Part shown: piece by piece, positions 61,863 to 64,000 of the stretch | How positions within the stretch are numbered: the first letter of the stretch is position 1 | Layout: every line of letters starts with the position of its first letter | DNA from: Camelus dromedarius | Taxonomy: Eukaryota | Direction: 5' to 3' | Assembly (NCBI RefSeq): GCF_036321535.1 | Contig: NC_087472.1 | Coordinates: 96,350,001 to 96,414,000 of the forward strand | Length of the DNA stretch: 64,000 nucleotides | Translations under genes and position numbers: made by a program | Notes under the pieces: model-generated | The model's database searches: none | What the model was told of the DNA's origin: nothing | The model's input: only the letters and a program-made list of their open reading frames with translations

Positions 61863-62328
61863 TGTGTCTTGGGTTGGGCTCCCCGGAAGTAAACCCTGAC
61901 AAGAGGATTCGAGGGCAAGGAGTTTCTTTGGGAGCTGATCCCAAGAGACAGTGCTCAGGGAAAGGGCAGCTGAGTCAGGGGTGGGAAAGAAGGCAACAAA
62001 AGGCACATTCCTGAGCAGAAGACTGCGGTGCACACTGCCCTGCCGGGGAGCTCCGGGGGACAGTGCAGAACCAGCCTCAGGGGGTCCACCCTAGAGGCAA
62101 GGGAGCTGGGGTATTGATCCATCCACTCCTCTGTCGTTGGCTGAGGACAGTCCCGAGGGCATTGTTCCCTGTCAGTCTGGGTTGCCACATACGAGAGCCA
62201 CTCGTGCTGATGTGGCCTGGAACGCCCTCCTAGAGGGTGTCGTGAGTGCTTGCCGGGACAGTCTGTCCGCATGTCCCGGGTGGAGATACCGCCGGGAGAT
62301 GGGCAGGGCGCTGGCGTCATCCGCTACA
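61863..62328 (-). mobile_element. ERVL-class solo LTR (LTR16-like)
   Basis: TGTCTTGGGTTGGGCTCCCCGGAAG...CATCCGCTACA. Confidence 0.65.
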
Positions 62329-62944
62329 CCTGTGACTGAAGCCGAGCGGGAGAGGTGGGCCACTCCTGCTTGACGGTGTAGAGAAACGAGCCGTGGAATA
62401 TATCTAGGCCTATGGAGAAGTCAAACTGCGCTGTCCAAGTGAGATGGGCAGTTTCATGTGAGTGTTTTGTCAGCTGTTAAAGCCCACAGGGCCACAATGG
62501 AGGGTGTGGCCCACTCCTGCTCTCCACAGGGGGGGCCCCCAAGGCCGTCTGGCCACAGGCGCGCTGGACGAGGCTCTGATCCTGGCTGTGGGTGCTTTCC
62601 GGAGAGCTCTAGTTGGCCTGGTGGTGCTTATCATGGCCCCGCCTTCCGCTGCACTGAGCTCCCTAATTGCCTGGTCTTTGCACACGATGAGGGTTTTTAA
62701 AAATTACTCTCAGTGCACACTGTCCTTGGAACCTTCCAAGCACATTAACGAGCCCATTGGCTGATGATGAGGACTCCGACTGCTGCCCTCCTGCACAGCA
62801 GGTCGACATAGATGCACAAGCTGAGAAAACTCACAGCCAGATTAAGATATGCTAGAGGAGGAAGAGAACTGAATGAACTGCAAGGTCATTTACCTTAATT
62901 TACAATAGTAAACTGGTTTGCTCCATACTCATTGAGGTCAATGA

Positions 62945-64000
62945 AGACTTTTTTTTTGTAATGATATACACAGAGGAAAATTTCTGTTTTTCAATTTACA
63001 GTTCTCTGAGTTTTGAAAAATGTTGTCAATCATGCGCCCATTCCTCCATCAAGATATGGAATTGTTCCAATGTGGAAAAAAATTCCCTCTTGCAAATTTG
63101 GAGTCAATTTCTCCCTCACCCAGAGACCCTGGCAACCATCGATGTTTTCTGTGCCTATAGATAAGCTTTTCCAAAATGTCATATAAATGGAGTCATAAAT
63201 CATATAGCTTTGAAGACTGGCTTCCTTAACATACCTACATTTAAGATCCACCCATGTTGGTTCATGTTTTATTAGTTTGTTCCTTCTTATTGCTGCATAG
63301 TATTCCATTATGTGGCTATAGTGGGTTAGTTTACCCATCTAACAGTTGAATGATATCTGGGTTGCTTCCAGTTTGGGGTGATTATGAACAACATCAGTAT
63401 AAACGTTTGCAAATAAGATTTTCTGTGAACGTAAGTTTTCATTTCACTTCAGTGAACATCTAGACTTGGCAATGTTGGGTCATGTGGTAAGTTTAAGTTT
63501 AGCTTTGTAAGAAGCTTCAAACTGTTTTTTAAAGTGGCTGTGCCATTTTGCATTCCCATCAGCAATGTTTAGAGTCTCATTGTGCTGCATCCTTGCCAGT
63601 ACTTGGTATTGACTGATTTGTTTTAAACCATTCCAATAAGTGTCTGGTGTATCTCACTGTGGTTTTATTTTCCATTTCCTTAATGACTAGTGATGTTGAG
63701 TATCATTTTATGAGCTTATTTTCTCTTATATGTTTGCTGATGTGTCTCTTCAAATATTCTGCCTGTTTTTTATTGGGTTGTTTCTTATCATTGAGGTTTG
63801 AGAGTTCTTATATGATCTGGATACAAGTCATTTAGGAGAAAGGTGTTTTGCAAATATTTCCTCCAGTATGTAGCTTATCTTTTGATTTTCTTAACAGTGA
63901 TTTCTGAAGAGCAGAATTTCTTAATTTTTATAAAGTCTAATTGATCACTTTTTTCTTTTCTACATTGTGCTTTTGGTACCAGATTTAAGAAATCTGTGCC
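62945..64000 (-). mobile_element. L1M fragment running off the window
   Basis: Reverse L1 3'UTR/ORF2 end: CCCTGGCAACCATCGATG...TTTTGCATTCCCATCAGCAATG...TTGCAAATATTTCCTCC. Confidence 0.85.

Noticed and set aside
1..64000. CRISPR arrays, operons or other prokaryote-type systems
   Set aside because: The sequence is mammalian; all repeats seen are microsatellites, TSDs or transposon copies.

Overview
Mammalian genomic DNA, most likely camelid: several copies of a short tRNA-derived SINE resemble the camelid Vic-1 family, and there are artiodactyl-type L1 3' ends and a Tigger1 deletion derivative. The window is mostly intergenic or intronic and dense in transposable elements (L1, MIR, CR1/L3, ERV1/ERV2/ERVL/MaLR solo LTRs, hAT and Tc1/mariner MITEs), many nested with readable target-site duplications (TSDs). 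The only well-supported protein-coding gene is an intact, intronless SUPT20H (SPT20/FAM48A)-like retrogene on the minus strand (56302-58626, 774 aa). It has a CpG-rich NRF1/ETS/Sp1 promoter, an AATAAA signal and a sharply GC-shifted 3' third. A second CpG-rich region at about 48.9-50 kb, with a Z-DNA-prone tract and two same-phase minus-strand ATG-to-donor segments, may be the 5' end of an unidentified gene. I found no evidence of a wholly new multi-gene system. Repeat family names and SUPT20H comparisons are from memory of consensus sequences, not from a database search.
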